In this document: positions 1 through 10,931 of the stretch, piece after piece | How positions within the stretch are numbered: position 1 is the stretch's first letter | Layout: the number at the start of each line of letters is the position of its first letter | NCBI GenBank assembly: GCA_017553685.1 | Contig: JAFZKH010000007.1 | Span: 92,656-156,655, forward strand | Direction: 5' to 3' | Origin: Bacilli bacterium | Lineage (GTDB): Bacteria; Bacillota_I; Bacilli_A; RF39; UBA660 | DNA length: 64,000 nucleotides | Translations under genes and position numbers: made by a program | The notes under the pieces: model-generated | Told to the model about the DNA's origin: nothing | What the model saw: only the letters and a program-made list of their open reading frames with translations | Database searches by the model: none

Positions 1-333
1 GCTACATCATCTAGAAAACTTTTAACTAATTATTTTAAGTTTATAAATAAAAATAAAGATAAAAATAGTTATACATTTAAAGACTTCGTTACATCTAAAG
101 ACTATAAAATAGTTGAAGAATATAATTCTAATTTCTATACTGGAGATATATATTCTTCGTTAAAGTATTTAGATCAATTAGATAATTTAAGCATAATATT
201 AGACAATTATATGATAGATGTAGAAGTATTCTATAAAGAAGTAAATAATTTTATTAATCATAATATAAATAGTGAAGGATATACTGGATTCTTAGATAAA
301 AAGACAGTATATAAGGTAGAAGACTATGAATAG
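1..333 (+). CDS. U32 family peptidase (YrrN/TrhP1-like), 5' partial
   Basis: Open frame from base 1 to TAG at 331-333, ending TGFLDKKTVYKVEDYE; overlaps the start of the downstream U32 gene as in the yrrN-yrrO pair. Confidence 0.7.
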   Translation, partial: ATSSRKLLTNYFKFINKNKDKNSYTFKDFVTSKDYKIVEEYNSNFYTGDIYSSLKYLDQLDNLSIILDNYMIDVEVFYKEVNNFINHNINSEGYTGFLDKKTVYKVEDYE

Positions 334-1522
334 ACCAGAGTTATTAGCTCCAGCAGGAGACTTAGAAAGATTAAAATGGGCTATTGATTATGGTGCAGAT
401 GCTGTATATCTAGGAGGTAAAGAGTTTTCTCTTAGATCTAATGCTAAAAACTTTTCTATTGATGAAATTAAAGAAGGAGTTAAATATGCCCATGATAGAA
501 ATAAAAAAGTTTATGTTACAGTAAATATTTTATTTCATGAAGATGATATAAATGGATTAATAAATTATTTAAAAAAATTAGAAGATGCAAAAGTAGATGC
601 AATAATATCAAGTGATTTATTTATACTTGATTTAATAAAAAAAGAAAATATTAACTTAGAAGTACATTTATCTACTCAAAAATCTAGTTTAAATAGTGAA
701 GCAGTTAAATTCTATTTAAATAGTGGTGTTAAAAGAGTAGTACTAGCTAGAGAATGCTCTCTTAGTGATATGAAATCAATTAAAGATAAAACTAATGCTG
801 ATATGGAAGTATTTATACATGGTGCTATGTGTATGGGTTATTCTGGTAGATGTACTTTATCTAATTATTTTACTAATAGAGATTCCAATAGAGGAGCTTG
901 CGCTCAAATATGTAGATGGGTATTTGATTTATATGATGGAGATAATAAAATATCAGATGAAACTAAATTCTCATTTGCTCCTAAAGATCAACAATTACTT
1001 TTATATATTAAAGAATTAATGGAAATAGGAGTTAATTCATTTAAAATAGAAGGTAGAATGAAATCTATATATTATTTAGCTACTATATTATCAGTATATA
1101 GAAAAGTAATAGATGGTATATTAGATGGTACATATAAATATGATCCTCTAGATGAAATAATCTTAAGAAGATGTGCTAATAGAGAATCTTTACCTCAATA
1201 TGTAAAAGAATTCCCTGGAGTAAATGAACAATACTATATAGGTAGAGAAGAAAAAACAAATCAAGACTTCCTAGGAGTAGTTCTAGGTTATGATGAAGAA
1301 AATAAAGAAATAATATTTGAAGAAAGAAATTATTTCTCTGTAGGAGATAAAATTAATATATTTGGTCCAGGTAATAGAAGTATCTTCCTAGATGTAAAAT
1401 ATATTAAAAATGAAGAAGGTAGTTTGGTAGAAAATGCTAACCATCCAAGAGAGATCTTAAGAATACCTTGTGATGCTAAAGTTAATGTAAATGACTTAAT
1501 AAGAGTTGACTTTATCAATTGA
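326..1522 (+). CDS. U32 family peptidase / tRNA hydroxylation protein (YrrO/TrhP-like)
   Basis: PELLAPAG, YGADAVYLGG, HGAMCMGYSGRC...NRGACAQICR Fe-S cysteines, KIEGRMKS. Confidence 0.92.
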   Translation: MNRPELLAPAGDLERLKWAIDYGADAVYLGGKEFSLRSNAKNFSIDEIKEGVKYAHDRNKKVYVTVNILFHEDDINGLINYLKKLEDAKVDAIISSDLFILDLIKKENINLEVHLSTQKSSLNSEAVKFYLNSGVKRVVLARECSLSDMKSIKDKTNADMEVFIHGAMCMGYSGRCTLSNYFTNRDSNRGACAQICRWVFDLYDGDNKISDETKFSFAPKDQQLLLYIKELMEIGVNSFKIEGRMKSIYYLATILSVYRKVIDGILDGTYKYDPLDEIILRRCANRESLPQYVKEFPGVNEQYYIGREEKTNQDFLGVVLGYDEENKEIIFEERNYFSVGDKINIFGPGNRSIFLDVKYIKNEEGSLVENANHPREILRIPCDAKVNVNDLIRVDFIN

Positions 1523-1539
1523 TAAAGTCTTCTTTTTTT
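1508..1539 (+). terminator. Intrinsic terminator overlapping the stop codon, followed directly by extended -10 TGGTATAAT
   Basis: GACTTTATC-AATT-GATAAAGTC hairpin plus T tract. Confidence 0.75.
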
Positions 1540-1579
1540 GGTATAATTTAAGTTGTATGATAAAGGAGTTGAATAATAT

Positions 1580-3823
1580 ATGAGTTTATTAAAATTAGTA
1601 AATGTTTCTAAGTTTTATCATAATAAAAAGAATGTTTCAACTGGTTTTAATAAAGTAAATTTATCATTAGATCAGGGAGAATTCGTTGTTATTACAGGTG
1701 AATCAGGATCTGGTAAATCAACTTTATTAAATGTTATTTCAGGATTAGACTCTTACGAAGAAGGAGAGTTATATATTAATGGTGAAGAAACAAGTCATTA
1801 TACTGAAAAAGATTATGAAGACTATAGAAGAAAATATATAGGAAATATCTTTCAAAACTTTAATCTAGTTAATAGTTATACAGTTTATCAAAATATTGAA
1901 CTAGTACTTCTACTTAATGGAGAAAAGAAAAGAGATATTAGAAAGAAGATATTAGAAGTTATAGATTTAGTTAAATTAACTAAGTTTAAGAATACTAAAG
2001 CATCTAAATTATCTGGAGGTCAAAAACAAAGAGTAGCTATTGCTAGAGCGCTTGTTAAGAATACTCCAATAATAGTAGCTGATGAACCTACTGGTAATAT
2101 AGATGTAGCAGCTGCTAAAGAGATAACTAAACTTCTATATGAAATATCTAAAAATAAATTAGTAGTTGTTGTTACTCATAACTATGAACAATTTGCAGAA
2201 TATGCTACAAGACAAATAGTTATGCATGATGGAAGAATCATGATAGATAAGAAATTAAAAGAAACTGAAGAAGTAATTGATGAACCTCCTAAATATAAAA
2301 ATATTAGGTTCTTTAATAAGCTATTGCTTGCTTTTAGAAATGCATTTAATATTAAAATTAAGTTCTTTTTATTAGTATTAGTTTATTTAATACTTACAAT
2401 ATCAGTATTTTCTAACTATACATCATTAAGTATGTCAGCATACAATAATCAAATGTTTAAAACAAGTATGATATTCCATGATTATAGTGAAAAAAGAATT
2501 ATTATTAATAAAAAAGATAAATCTGCTTTTACAGAAGAAGAAATTGAAAAAATAAGTAAAATTAAGAATGTTACTGAAGTTGTTAAAGATGATATATTAA
2601 TTGATAATTATACATACTTAGAAAATGATGAAGCAAAAATTTGGAATTATATAAATATTAATGATATAGGTAATGTTAAGAAAGTTAAATATGGTCATTT
2701 ACCTAAAGAAGGTGAAGATGATTATAATGTAGCTATTCTTAAGACTGCTGGTAAAGTATCTAAATCAGAAGCAGAAAAGTATCTAAATAATACATTTAGA
2801 TTGACTTCTAATAATGGTGGTATAGTATCACATGATTTAAGAATTATAGGTATTTTAGAAGATACTTCTGAATCATCATTAACAGACATCGATACTTTAT
2901 ATGTTACAAATGACATATTAGATAATATTAGAACAGAAACTAATCTATTCTATAGTGATACAATTGTTACTCTAAATGATAAAGTTTATTCGTCAGAAGA
3001 CTATACTTTAACATTTAATTTAAAGTCTAGTGACAAAGTACCATATGGTGAAGCATATGTTTCTGAAGATATTAATATATATTGTAAAGATTATAATTGT
3101 TATAAAAAGAATCTAAATATTAGAGTTAAAAACAATTATTATGAAAATGGTTTTGATTTATATATTGGAGATACATTTAAAAAGAATACTATAAATAGAA
3201 AACTTGGATTTAATAAAGATGAGTATGATGAATATGCATTTACTATATTTATAAATCCTGCTAATTATAAAGAATTATTTAATGAAAATACATATCAAAT
3301 GAGTGTTTATGTAAAAGATGAAAAGAAGATAGATACTACAACTAAAGCACTTGAAAAAATGGATCTAAATGTATATAAAATGATGGATATGACATCAAAT
3401 ATATTTGGTCAAATATTAGGATTTGTAGTTTTATTTGGAAAAATAAGATTTATTATTTCAATAATAGTGTTATTCTTTATATGTTATTTCATTATTAAGT
3501 TAATACTTAAATCTAGAAATACATATTTTTCTACTATTAGAACACTTGGTGGAAATAAAAAAGTATTAAATGATTTACTTAATATAGAATTATTAATAGA
3601 TATTAATATAGCATATATCATATTTACTACAATATTAATATTAATAAGACATAAGATAATACTTAAGATTGATTATATATATCAATTAAGTACATTCTTT
3701 ACAGTTAAAGACTACATAATTATATATATAGTTTTAATGGTAATGTCTATTTTGATTGCTAATAGATATTCTAATAAACTATTTGGTGGTTCTGTAATGT
3801 CTAATTATAGGGAGAATGAATAA
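1580..3823 (+). CDS. ABC transporter ATP-binding/permease fusion (MacB/FtsX-like)
   Basis: Walker A GESGSGKS, LSGGQ, DEPTG, then TM segments and FtsX-like C-terminus. Confidence 0.92.
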   Translation: MSLLKLVNVSKFYHNKKNVSTGFNKVNLSLDQGEFVVITGESGSGKSTLLNVISGLDSYEEGELYINGEETSHYTEKDYEDYRRKYIGNIFQNFNLVNSYTVYQNIELVLLLNGEKKRDIRKKILEVIDLVKLTKFKNTKASKLSGGQKQRVAIARALVKNTPIIVADEPTGNIDVAAAKEITKLLYEISKNKLVVVVTHNYEQFAEYATRQIVMHDGRIMIDKKLKETEEVIDEPPKYKNIRFFNKLLLAFRNAFNIKIKFFLLVLVYLILTISVFSNYTSLSMSAYNNQMFKTSMIFHDYSEKRIIINKKDKSAFTEEEIEKISKIKNVTEVVKDDILIDNYTYLENDEAKIWNYININDIGNVKKVKYGHLPKEGEDDYNVAILKTAGKVSKSEAEKYLNNTFRLTSNNGGIVSHDLRIIGILEDTSESSLTDIDTLYVTNDILDNIRTETNLFYSDTIVTLNDKVYSSEDYTLTFNLKSSDKVPYGEAYVSEDINIYCKDYNCYKKNLNIRVKNNYYENGFDLYIGDTFKKNTINRKLGFNKDEYDEYAFTIFINPANYKELFNENTYQMSVYVKDEKKIDTTTKALEKMDLNVYKMMDMTSNIFGQILGFVVLFGKIRFIISIIVLFFICYFIIKLILKSRNTYFSTIRTLGGNKKVLNDLLNIELLIDINIAYIIFTTILILIRHKIILKIDYIYQLSTFFTVKDYIIIYIVLMVMSILIANRYSNKLFGGSVMSNYRENE

Positions 3824-6254
3824 TATGATAAAGTTAGTTAATGTAAATAAATATTTTAATAGATTTAAAAGCAATCAAATACATGTTATTAATAATACTA
3901 CTTTAGATTTACCTGAAACTGGATTAGTAGCTCTTTTAGGTGAAAGTGGTTGTGGTAAAACAACCCTTCTTAATGCTATAGGTGGTCTTGATAAGATTAA
4001 TTCAGGATCTATCTATATTAATGGAAAAAAGATGCCAAGAGGAACTACTTATACTAAAGATAAACTAAGAACATTAAATATTGGTTATATATTCCAAAAC
4101 TTTAATTTATTAGATAACATGACTGTTTTTGATAATATTGCAATATCTTTAAAGATGATTGGTATCAAAAATAAAAAAGAAATTGAAAAAAGAGTATATT
4201 ATGTTCTTGAACAAACTAATATGTATAGATTTAGAAATAGATTATGTTCTGATTTATCGGGAGGTCAAAGACAAAGAGTAGCTATAGCAAGAGCTTTAGT
4301 TAAAAATCCATCTGTTATTATTGCAGATGAACCTACAGGTAATCTAGATTCTAAAAATACAATAGAAGTCATGAATATTATTAAACATATTTCTACTTCT
4401 AAACTAGTTTTACTAGTTACTCATGAAAAAGAAATAGCATACTTCTATGCATCTAGAATTATTAAACTAGAAGACGGAAAGATTATTTCTAATGAAGAAA
4501 ATACAGATAATAATGAATTAGATTTAAGAATGGATAATAAAATCTATCTTAAAGACTATAAAATACAAGATACTTTCCAAAAATATGGTTATAATTTTAA
4601 TATTTATACTAATCATGAGATTAGTTTAGATCTACAAATAGCTGTTAAAAATGGAAATATCTATATTAAATCAAATAATAGTAATATAGAAGTAGTAGAT
4701 GACAACTCAAATATAGAATTTGTAGATGATAATTATAAAGCTATTACTAAAGAAGATTATGAAAAGAATACTTTTGATTTATCTAAACTAGACAATTCCA
4801 AACATAAAATTAGATATTCATCTATATATAGTTTACTTGGAGGTCTAATACTAGGATTTAAGAAAGTTAAATCATATACAGTACTTAAGAAAATACTATT
4901 AATAGGTTTTGTATTCTCAGTTATGTTTATTTTCTATGCTCTTAGTAATATATTTGGAATACTTGATATTAAAGATTCACAATTTGTTGAATATAACAAA
5001 AATTATTATGTAATATCATCATCAAAGAAAAATGTAGAACTATATGAAAAATTAAAGAATATGGAATCAGTAGAGTATGTTATTCCTGGTAGTTCATCAG
5101 TTAATTTCTCATTTGTTAGTGAACTATATCAATATAAGTACAATAATCCTATATATAAGGCCTCTATGGTAGCAGTTTCTACTATTACTGATAAAGATAT
5201 CATTACAGGAAAACTCCCTGAAAATAGCCATGAAATTGTCTTAGATAAGTTTATATATGAATCATATAAAAATAGTATGACTAGTCCAATAAACCAATAT
5301 AATATTCTAAAATATGAAGATTTTGTTGGTAAACAAATTAAACTTGGAAAAGAAACTTATACTATAGTAGGAGTTTCAGATCAAAGTAGTCCATCTTTAT
5401 ATGTAGATTCTTCTGAATTTGTCAAAATTCTAAATAATAACGTAGAAAGTGAAAGTTATTATGATAGAGTAGATTCTAATCAAACTTATAAGAGTTATAT
5501 AGATTCAGGAGTAACAGTTAAAAAAGGAAGACTTCCTGAAAATGATTATGAAGTTATGATTAACTATAGTAACTATAATCCTTATGATAATACATATAAA
5601 ATAGATAAAGAAACAAACTTTAAAATCAATGAAAGAAACTTAGTTTTAGTAGGTTTCTATGAATCTCCTAGAAATGAATCTACTTATTATGTTAATGAAA
5701 ATATGATTAATGTATTAAATATATGTAAATTAAAAGACTTTACTATATATCCAAAAGATGAAAAAGCATTTGTTGATGAAATAAAGAATATGGATATTAA
5801 ATATAAGAAAACATATGATGCATCTAAAGAATCATTTAAAAAGAGTCAATTAAAACAAACAAGAAGTTCCATTATAATTGCATGTGTTTTACTTGGTATA
5901 TCATTCTTAGAGATATATTTAATGATTAGATCATCATTTATATCTAGAATTAAAGAAGTAGGTACTATGAGAGCAATAGGAGTTAAGAAAACAGATATAT
6001 ATAAGATGTTCTCTAATGAAATAATAGCTATTTCTATAATTACTTCTATTCCAGGTATTTGGTTAATGTATAATATTTTAAAATCAATAACAGACCTAGA
6101 ATTCTTTAAAAATAATTATATGTTAGATTATAAAGTTGCTCTTTTATCTGGATTAATATTCCTAGTATTTAACTTAGTAGTAGGTTTACTTCCAGTAAAA
6201 GGAACTATTAGAAAATCGCCTGCATCAATACTATCTAGAAACGATGTAGATTAA
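3816..6254 (+). CDS. ABC transporter ATP-binding/permease fusion (MacB/FtsX-like)
   Basis: GESGCGKT, LSGGQ, DEPTGNLD, RIKEVGTMRAIG permease motif. Confidence 0.92.
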   Translation: MNNMIKLVNVNKYFNRFKSNQIHVINNTTLDLPETGLVALLGESGCGKTTLLNAIGGLDKINSGSIYINGKKMPRGTTYTKDKLRTLNIGYIFQNFNLLDNMTVFDNIAISLKMIGIKNKKEIEKRVYYVLEQTNMYRFRNRLCSDLSGGQRQRVAIARALVKNPSVIIADEPTGNLDSKNTIEVMNIIKHISTSKLVLLVTHEKEIAYFYASRIIKLEDGKIISNEENTDNNELDLRMDNKIYLKDYKIQDTFQKYGYNFNIYTNHEISLDLQIAVKNGNIYIKSNNSNIEVVDDNSNIEFVDDNYKAITKEDYEKNTFDLSKLDNSKHKIRYSSIYSLLGGLILGFKKVKSYTVLKKILLIGFVFSVMFIFYALSNIFGILDIKDSQFVEYNKNYYVISSSKKNVELYEKLKNMESVEYVIPGSSSVNFSFVSELYQYKYNNPIYKASMVAVSTITDKDIITGKLPENSHEIVLDKFIYESYKNSMTSPINQYNILKYEDFVGKQIKLGKETYTIVGVSDQSSPSLYVDSSEFVKILNNNVESESYYDRVDSNQTYKSYIDSGVTVKKGRLPENDYEVMINYSNYNPYDNTYKIDKETNFKINERNLVLVGFYESPRNESTYYVNENMINVLNICKLKDFTIYPKDEKAFVDEIKNMDIKYKKTYDASKESFKKSQLKQTRSSIIIACVLLGISFLEIYLMIRSSFISRIKEVGTMRAIGVKKTDIYKMFSNEIIAISIITSIPGIWLMYNILKSITDLEFFKNNYMLDYKVALLSGLIFLVFNLVVGLLPVKGTIRKSPASILSRNDVD

Positions 6255-6258
6255 TATA

Positions 6259-6292
6259 AAATATAGTCACTAAAAAGTGGCTATATTTTTTT
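6259..6292 (+). terminator. Intrinsic terminator
   Basis: AAAATATAGTCAC-TAAAAA-GTGGCTATATTTT plus T tract. Confidence 0.75.
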
Positions 6293-6311
6293 ATTATCTA
6301 AATGAATTATA

Positions 6312-6340
6312 TTGACATTTATATCAAAATATAATACAAT
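6312..6340 (+). promoter_or_regulatory. sigma-A promoter of greA-tig
   Basis: TTGACA-17 nt-TACAAT. Confidence 0.7.
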
Positions 6341-6380
6341 TTTATACGTTTAGTGCAACATTACATAAGGAGTGAATGAC

Positions 6381-6851
6381 ATGAACGAAAAGAAAGAAAT
6401 ATTTTTAACTAAAGAGGGTTTAAATGAATTACAAGAGGAGTTAAAAGATCTAAAAGAGAATAAACGTCCTGAAGTAATTAATCAAATAAAAGAAGCTAGA
6501 GCTCAAGGAGATTTATCTGAAAATGCAGAATATCATGCTGCTAAAGATAAACAAGGTCAAATTGAAGCTAGAATTAAAGAAATTGAATACTTAATTGATA
6601 ATGCTACACTTATATCTAATACAAAATCAAGTACAGTTAAAATAGGTTCAACAGTTGAAATTGAATATGTAGATGATAAAGAAACTGATACATATCAAAT
6701 AGTAGGTTCAACAGAAGCAGATCCATTTGAAAACAAAATATCTAATGAATCTCCAATTGCAATTGCAATTATTGGTAAGAAAGTTGGAGAAGTAGTTTCT
6801 ATTGAAAGTCCAAACGGAAGTTACGATATTAAAATCGTATCTATTAAGTAG
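6381..6851 (+). CDS. greA: Transcription elongation factor GreA
   Basis: ARAQGDLSENAEYHAAK, ISNESP; RBS AAGGAG upstream of ATG 6381. Confidence 0.97.
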   Translation: MNEKKEIFLTKEGLNELQEELKDLKENKRPEVINQIKEARAQGDLSENAEYHAAKDKQGQIEARIKEIEYLIDNATLISNTKSSTVKIGSTVEIEYVDDKETDTYQIVGSTEADPFENKISNESPIAIAIIGKKVGEVVSIESPNGSYDIKIVSIK

Positions 6852-6860
6852 GAGGTATAT

Positions 6861-8102
6861 ATGAAAAATATTCATGAAATAGAAGTAGAATTCAAAGGTA
6901 AAAAATGGGAAGAAGCTATTGATAAAGCATTTAATGTAGCTAAAGATAAAGTTACTATTCCTGGTTTTAGAAAAGGTAAAGTAACTAAAGAAGTATTTAT
7001 TAAGAAATATGGTAAAGAAAGTCTTTACTATGATGCAATTAATGCTTTACTAAGTGTTGAATATCCTAAAGTATTAAAAGATAATAAATTAGAACCAATT
7101 ATAAACCCTAATATAGATGTTCTAGAAGTATGTGATGATTGCTGTAAAGTTAAATTCACTATTACTACTAGACCAGAAGTTAAAATTAAAAAATATAAAG
7201 ATTTAAAAGTTAAGAAAGATGAAGTTAAAGTTTCTAAAGAAGAAATAGATGAAGAAGTTAAAAACTTACAAGCTAGAATGGCTGATATAGTTATTAAAGA
7301 AGGTAAGATTGAAAACGGAGATATTGCTATAATTGACTTTGAAGGATTCAAAGATGGTGTAGCATTCGAAGGTGGTAAAGGTGAAAACTATTCACTAACT
7401 ATCGGATCTAATTCATTTATTCCTGGTTTTGAAGAAGGTTTAATTGGTCTTAAATCTGGTGATGATAAAGATTTAAAATTAACTTTCCCAGAAAATTATC
7501 ATTCTGAAGAATTAAAAGGTCAAAAAGTTGTATTTAAAGTTAAAGTACATGAAGTTAAGACTAAAAAATTACCTGAACTTAATGAGGATTTCTTCTTAGA
7601 CCTTGGTATGGAAGGTGTTAAAGACGAAAAATCTTTAAAAGATGTTATTAAAGATCAAATATCTGCTAGAAAAGAATATGAAGCAGATAATAAATATATT
7701 GATGCTTTACTTGAAGAAATTTCTAAGAATACTGAAGTTGAAATACCAAATGAATTAGTAGAAGAAGAAATTGATAAGATGATTGAAGAATATTCAAGAA
7801 ATCTTCAAATGCAAGGAATGAGCTTAGATGCGTACTATAAGTATACAAATAGTACTGAAGATGCTTTAAGAGAACAAATGAGAAATGATGCATCTATTAG
7901 AGTTAAATATAGATTTATGCTTGAAGAAATAGTTAAATTAGAAGACATCAAAGTAACTAAGAAAGAAATAGATGAAGAAATAAAGAAAGCTGCTAAAGCT
8001 TATAATATTCCTGAAGAAGAATTCAAGGAACATATTGGTGGAACTGATATGATTGAATATGAACTTCAAATGAGAAAAGCAATTGATGTAATTAAAAAAT
8101 AA
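6861..8102 (+). CDS. tig: Trigger factor
   Basis: IPGFRKGK, FKBP domain IDFEG...FEGG...FIPGFEE. Confidence 0.96.
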   Translation: MKNIHEIEVEFKGKKWEEAIDKAFNVAKDKVTIPGFRKGKVTKEVFIKKYGKESLYYDAINALLSVEYPKVLKDNKLEPIINPNIDVLEVCDDCCKVKFTITTRPEVKIKKYKDLKVKKDEVKVSKEEIDEEVKNLQARMADIVIKEGKIENGDIAIIDFEGFKDGVAFEGGKGENYSLTIGSNSFIPGFEEGLIGLKSGDDKDLKLTFPENYHSEELKGQKVVFKVKVHEVKTKKLPELNEDFFLDLGMEGVKDEKSLKDVIKDQISARKEYEADNKYIDALLEEISKNTEVEIPNELVEEEIDKMIEEYSRNLQMQGMSLDAYYKYTNSTEDALREQMRNDASIRVKYRFMLEEIVKLEDIKVTKKEIDEEIKKAAKAYNIPEEEFKEHIGGTDMIEYELQMRKAIDVIKK

Positions 8103-8195
8103 GACTAAAAGTCTTATTTTTTTATGTTTTATTATTGACTTATCTTTAGAATAATTTATAATAAACAATGTTTGTTAATAAAGGAGGTAAAAGCC

Positions 8196-10502
8196 ATGAT
8201 AAAAACTAAACTACCAGTAATCATCCTTAGAAATATGGTTCTTTTACCCCTTGGAGAACTTAAACTAGAAATAGAAAATGAAGAAGATAAAGAAATAATT
8301 TATAATGCGGTCAATAAACATAATGGTTACTGTCTTCTTGTAACCCCAAAATATATTACTAATGATAATTTAAATACAAGTGATTTACCTAATATGGGAG
8401 TTATAGGTAAAATAACAAGTAATATAGTACTTCCAAATGAACATATTAGAATTAATATAAGAGGTATTAATAGAGCAGATATCTATGAATATATTCAAAA
8501 AGAAAATATATTAGATGCTATTATAGGTCCTATTAAAATAGAGGATATCTCTGAAGAAGAAAATGATGCATGTTTAAGAGTCATTAAAAAAGAATTTGCA
8601 AACTATGTTAATGTAATGCCTAATATTTCTAATATGATTATTACTAAAATAAATGAAGAAACATCATTAGAAAAAGTTACAGATATAATAGTTAATATAT
8701 TACCTTTATCTTTTCAAAATAAATATTTATTCTTAACTACTATAAACCCTATAGTAAGAGGCAATTATTTAATAGATTTACTAGTTAAAGAAGAAAAAGT
8801 AGAAAGATTAGAAAAGAATATTGAAACTGATCTTCAAAAAGAGCTAGATAAATCACAAAAAGAGTTTATTTTAAGAGAAAAATTAAATGTAATTAAAAAA
8901 GAACTTGGAGATAAAGATTCTAAAGAAGAAGATATTGATGAAATAAGAAAGAAAATAAATAATTTAGATGCTCCAAAGAATATAATTGATAGATTAAATA
9001 AAGAAGTAAATAGATTTGAAACAATACCATTTACTTCACCTGAATATACTATTACTAAGAATTATATAGATACTTTATTATCTATTCCTTTTGGAGAATA
9101 TACTTTAGATGAAGAAAATCTTGATTCAATTAAACAAGTATTAGATGAAAATCATAATGGACTAGAACCTATTAAAGAAAGAATTCTAGAGTATATCTCA
9201 GTTAAAAAATTAACTAATTCATTAACTAGTCCTATTATTTGTTTAGTAGGTCCTCCTGGAGTAGGTAAAACATCTTTAGCATATTCAATAGCTAAAGCTT
9301 TAAATAGAAACTTTGTTAAGATTTCCGTTGGAGGAGTATCAGATGAAAATGAAATTACAGGACATAGAAAAACTTATGTAGGAGCTATGCCTGGTAGAAT
9401 TATTTCGTCTATTATTAAATCAAAGAGTATGAATCCATTATTCTTAATAGATGAAATAGATAAAATGGGTAAAGGTATAAATGGAGATCCTGCTTCTGCT
9501 ATGTTAGAAGTCCTAGATAAAGAACAAAATAAGACATTTAGTGATAATTATATAGAAGAAGGTATAGATTTATCTAATGTTATGTTTGTTTTAACTGCTA
9601 ATAACATAGAAGACATTCCATATCCATTATTAGATAGATTAGAAATAATAGAATTATCTTCATATACAGAATTTGAAAAGATAGATATAGTTAAAAATCA
9701 TTTATTTGATATATTACTTAAAGAACATGGTTTAACTAATTCAGTTACTATATCTGAGTCTGCTATTAAATATATAATTAGTAATTATACAAAAGAAGCT
9801 GGAGTACGTGAACTTAGACGTGTTTTAAGCACTATTTTAAGAAAGATTGCAAAGGAACAAGTAAATAATCAAAAGAAGATAAATATTACCTCTAAAGAGG
9901 TTAAAAAGTATCTTGGAAAAGAGAAATATAATTCTATTAATAATGAAGATCATGAAGCAGGTGTTGTTAATGGTCTTGGTTATACTCCTTTTGGAGGAGT
10001 TCTTCTTCCAATAGAAACTGACTTTTATGATGGAACAGGTAAAATAATACTTACAGGTTCACTTGGAGAAGTAATGAAAGAAAGTGCTTCTGTAGCACTT
10101 GGTTACGTAAAAAGTAATTTAAAAGAGTTTAAAATTAATAAGAAATTACTTGAAGAAAATGACTTGCATATAAATGCTTTAGAGGGTGCTACTAAGAAAG
10201 ATGGACCATCAGCAGGTGTAACTTTAACAACTGCTATAATATCATCTTTAACAGGCACTAAAGTATCTCATAAAATAGCTATGACCGGAGAAATTACTTT
10301 AAAAGGTAAAGTACTTAAAATAGGTGGTCTAAAAGAAAAAGTAATTGGGGCATATAATAATGGAGTAGATACTATATTTATTCCAAAAACTAATGAAAAT
10401 GATTTGGAAGAGATACCAAATGAAATTAAAAAGAAAGTAAATTTCATATTAGTAGACAATTATAAAGATATATATGATAAAATCTTTCTAGGTGATAAAT
10501 AA
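8196..10502 (+). CDS. lon: ATP-dependent protease La
   Basis: GPPGVGKTS, RKTYVGAMPG, KDGPSAG catalytic Ser, GGLKEK; RBS AAGGAGG before ATG 8196. Confidence 0.96.
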   Translation: MIKTKLPVIILRNMVLLPLGELKLEIENEEDKEIIYNAVNKHNGYCLLVTPKYITNDNLNTSDLPNMGVIGKITSNIVLPNEHIRINIRGINRADIYEYIQKENILDAIIGPIKIEDISEEENDACLRVIKKEFANYVNVMPNISNMIITKINEETSLEKVTDIIVNILPLSFQNKYLFLTTINPIVRGNYLIDLLVKEEKVERLEKNIETDLQKELDKSQKEFILREKLNVIKKELGDKDSKEEDIDEIRKKINNLDAPKNIIDRLNKEVNRFETIPFTSPEYTITKNYIDTLLSIPFGEYTLDEENLDSIKQVLDENHNGLEPIKERILEYISVKKLTNSLTSPIICLVGPPGVGKTSLAYSIAKALNRNFVKISVGGVSDENEITGHRKTYVGAMPGRIISSIIKSKSMNPLFLIDEIDKMGKGINGDPASAMLEVLDKEQNKTFSDNYIEEGIDLSNVMFVLTANNIEDIPYPLLDRLEIIELSSYTEFEKIDIVKNHLFDILLKEHGLTNSVTISESAIKYIISNYTKEAGVRELRRVLSTILRKIAKEQVNNQKKINITSKEVKKYLGKEKYNSINNEDHEAGVVNGLGYTPFGGVLLPIETDFYDGTGKIILTGSLGEVMKESASVALGYVKSNLKEFKINKKLLEENDLHINALEGATKKDGPSAGVTLTTAIISSLTGTKVSHKIAMTGEITLKGKVLKIGGLKEKVIGAYNNGVDTIFIPKTNENDLEEIPNEIKKKVNFILVDNYKDIYDKIFLGDK

Positions 10503-10858
10503 TGGAAATATTTGAAAAAATAAAAGAATATATTGGTCAAAAAGTAATTTTATATTATTATCATGGCGGTAATGTATTTGAAATAACTCAAGAGTTAAAA
10601 GGAGTAGAAGATTATTCAAATGTTACTCTTGCTAATACAAGTTATCCATTTATAAATAAAGTATCAGGAATAGGTACTATTACCACTTTAGATGGAAAAG
10701 TAATATATAATAATCCAATAATAAATGAAGCATATATATGCAAAACAGATGAAGAATTTGAAGAATGTAAAAAGCAAACTTTTGGAGAAGATTATCAAGA
10801 GAAAAAGAAGGCTTATAATCTTCAAAAACATACTGTAAAACCAAAAAGTGTTAATTAA
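10502..10858 (+). CDS. Hypothetical protein (orphan), coupled to lon
   Basis: 118-aa ORF overlapping the lon stop codon, followed by a terminator. Confidence 0.75.
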   Translation: MEIFEKIKEYIGQKVILYYYHGGNVFEITQELKGVEDYSNVTLANTSYPFINKVSGIGTITTLDGKVIYNNPIINEAYICKTDEEFEECKKQTFGEDYQEKKKAYNLQKHTVKPKSVN

Positions 10859-10931
10859 GATATTATTTAAAAATAATATCTTCTTTTTTTATTAAATTTT
10901 GATATAATTATACATGTAGGTGGTGATAAAG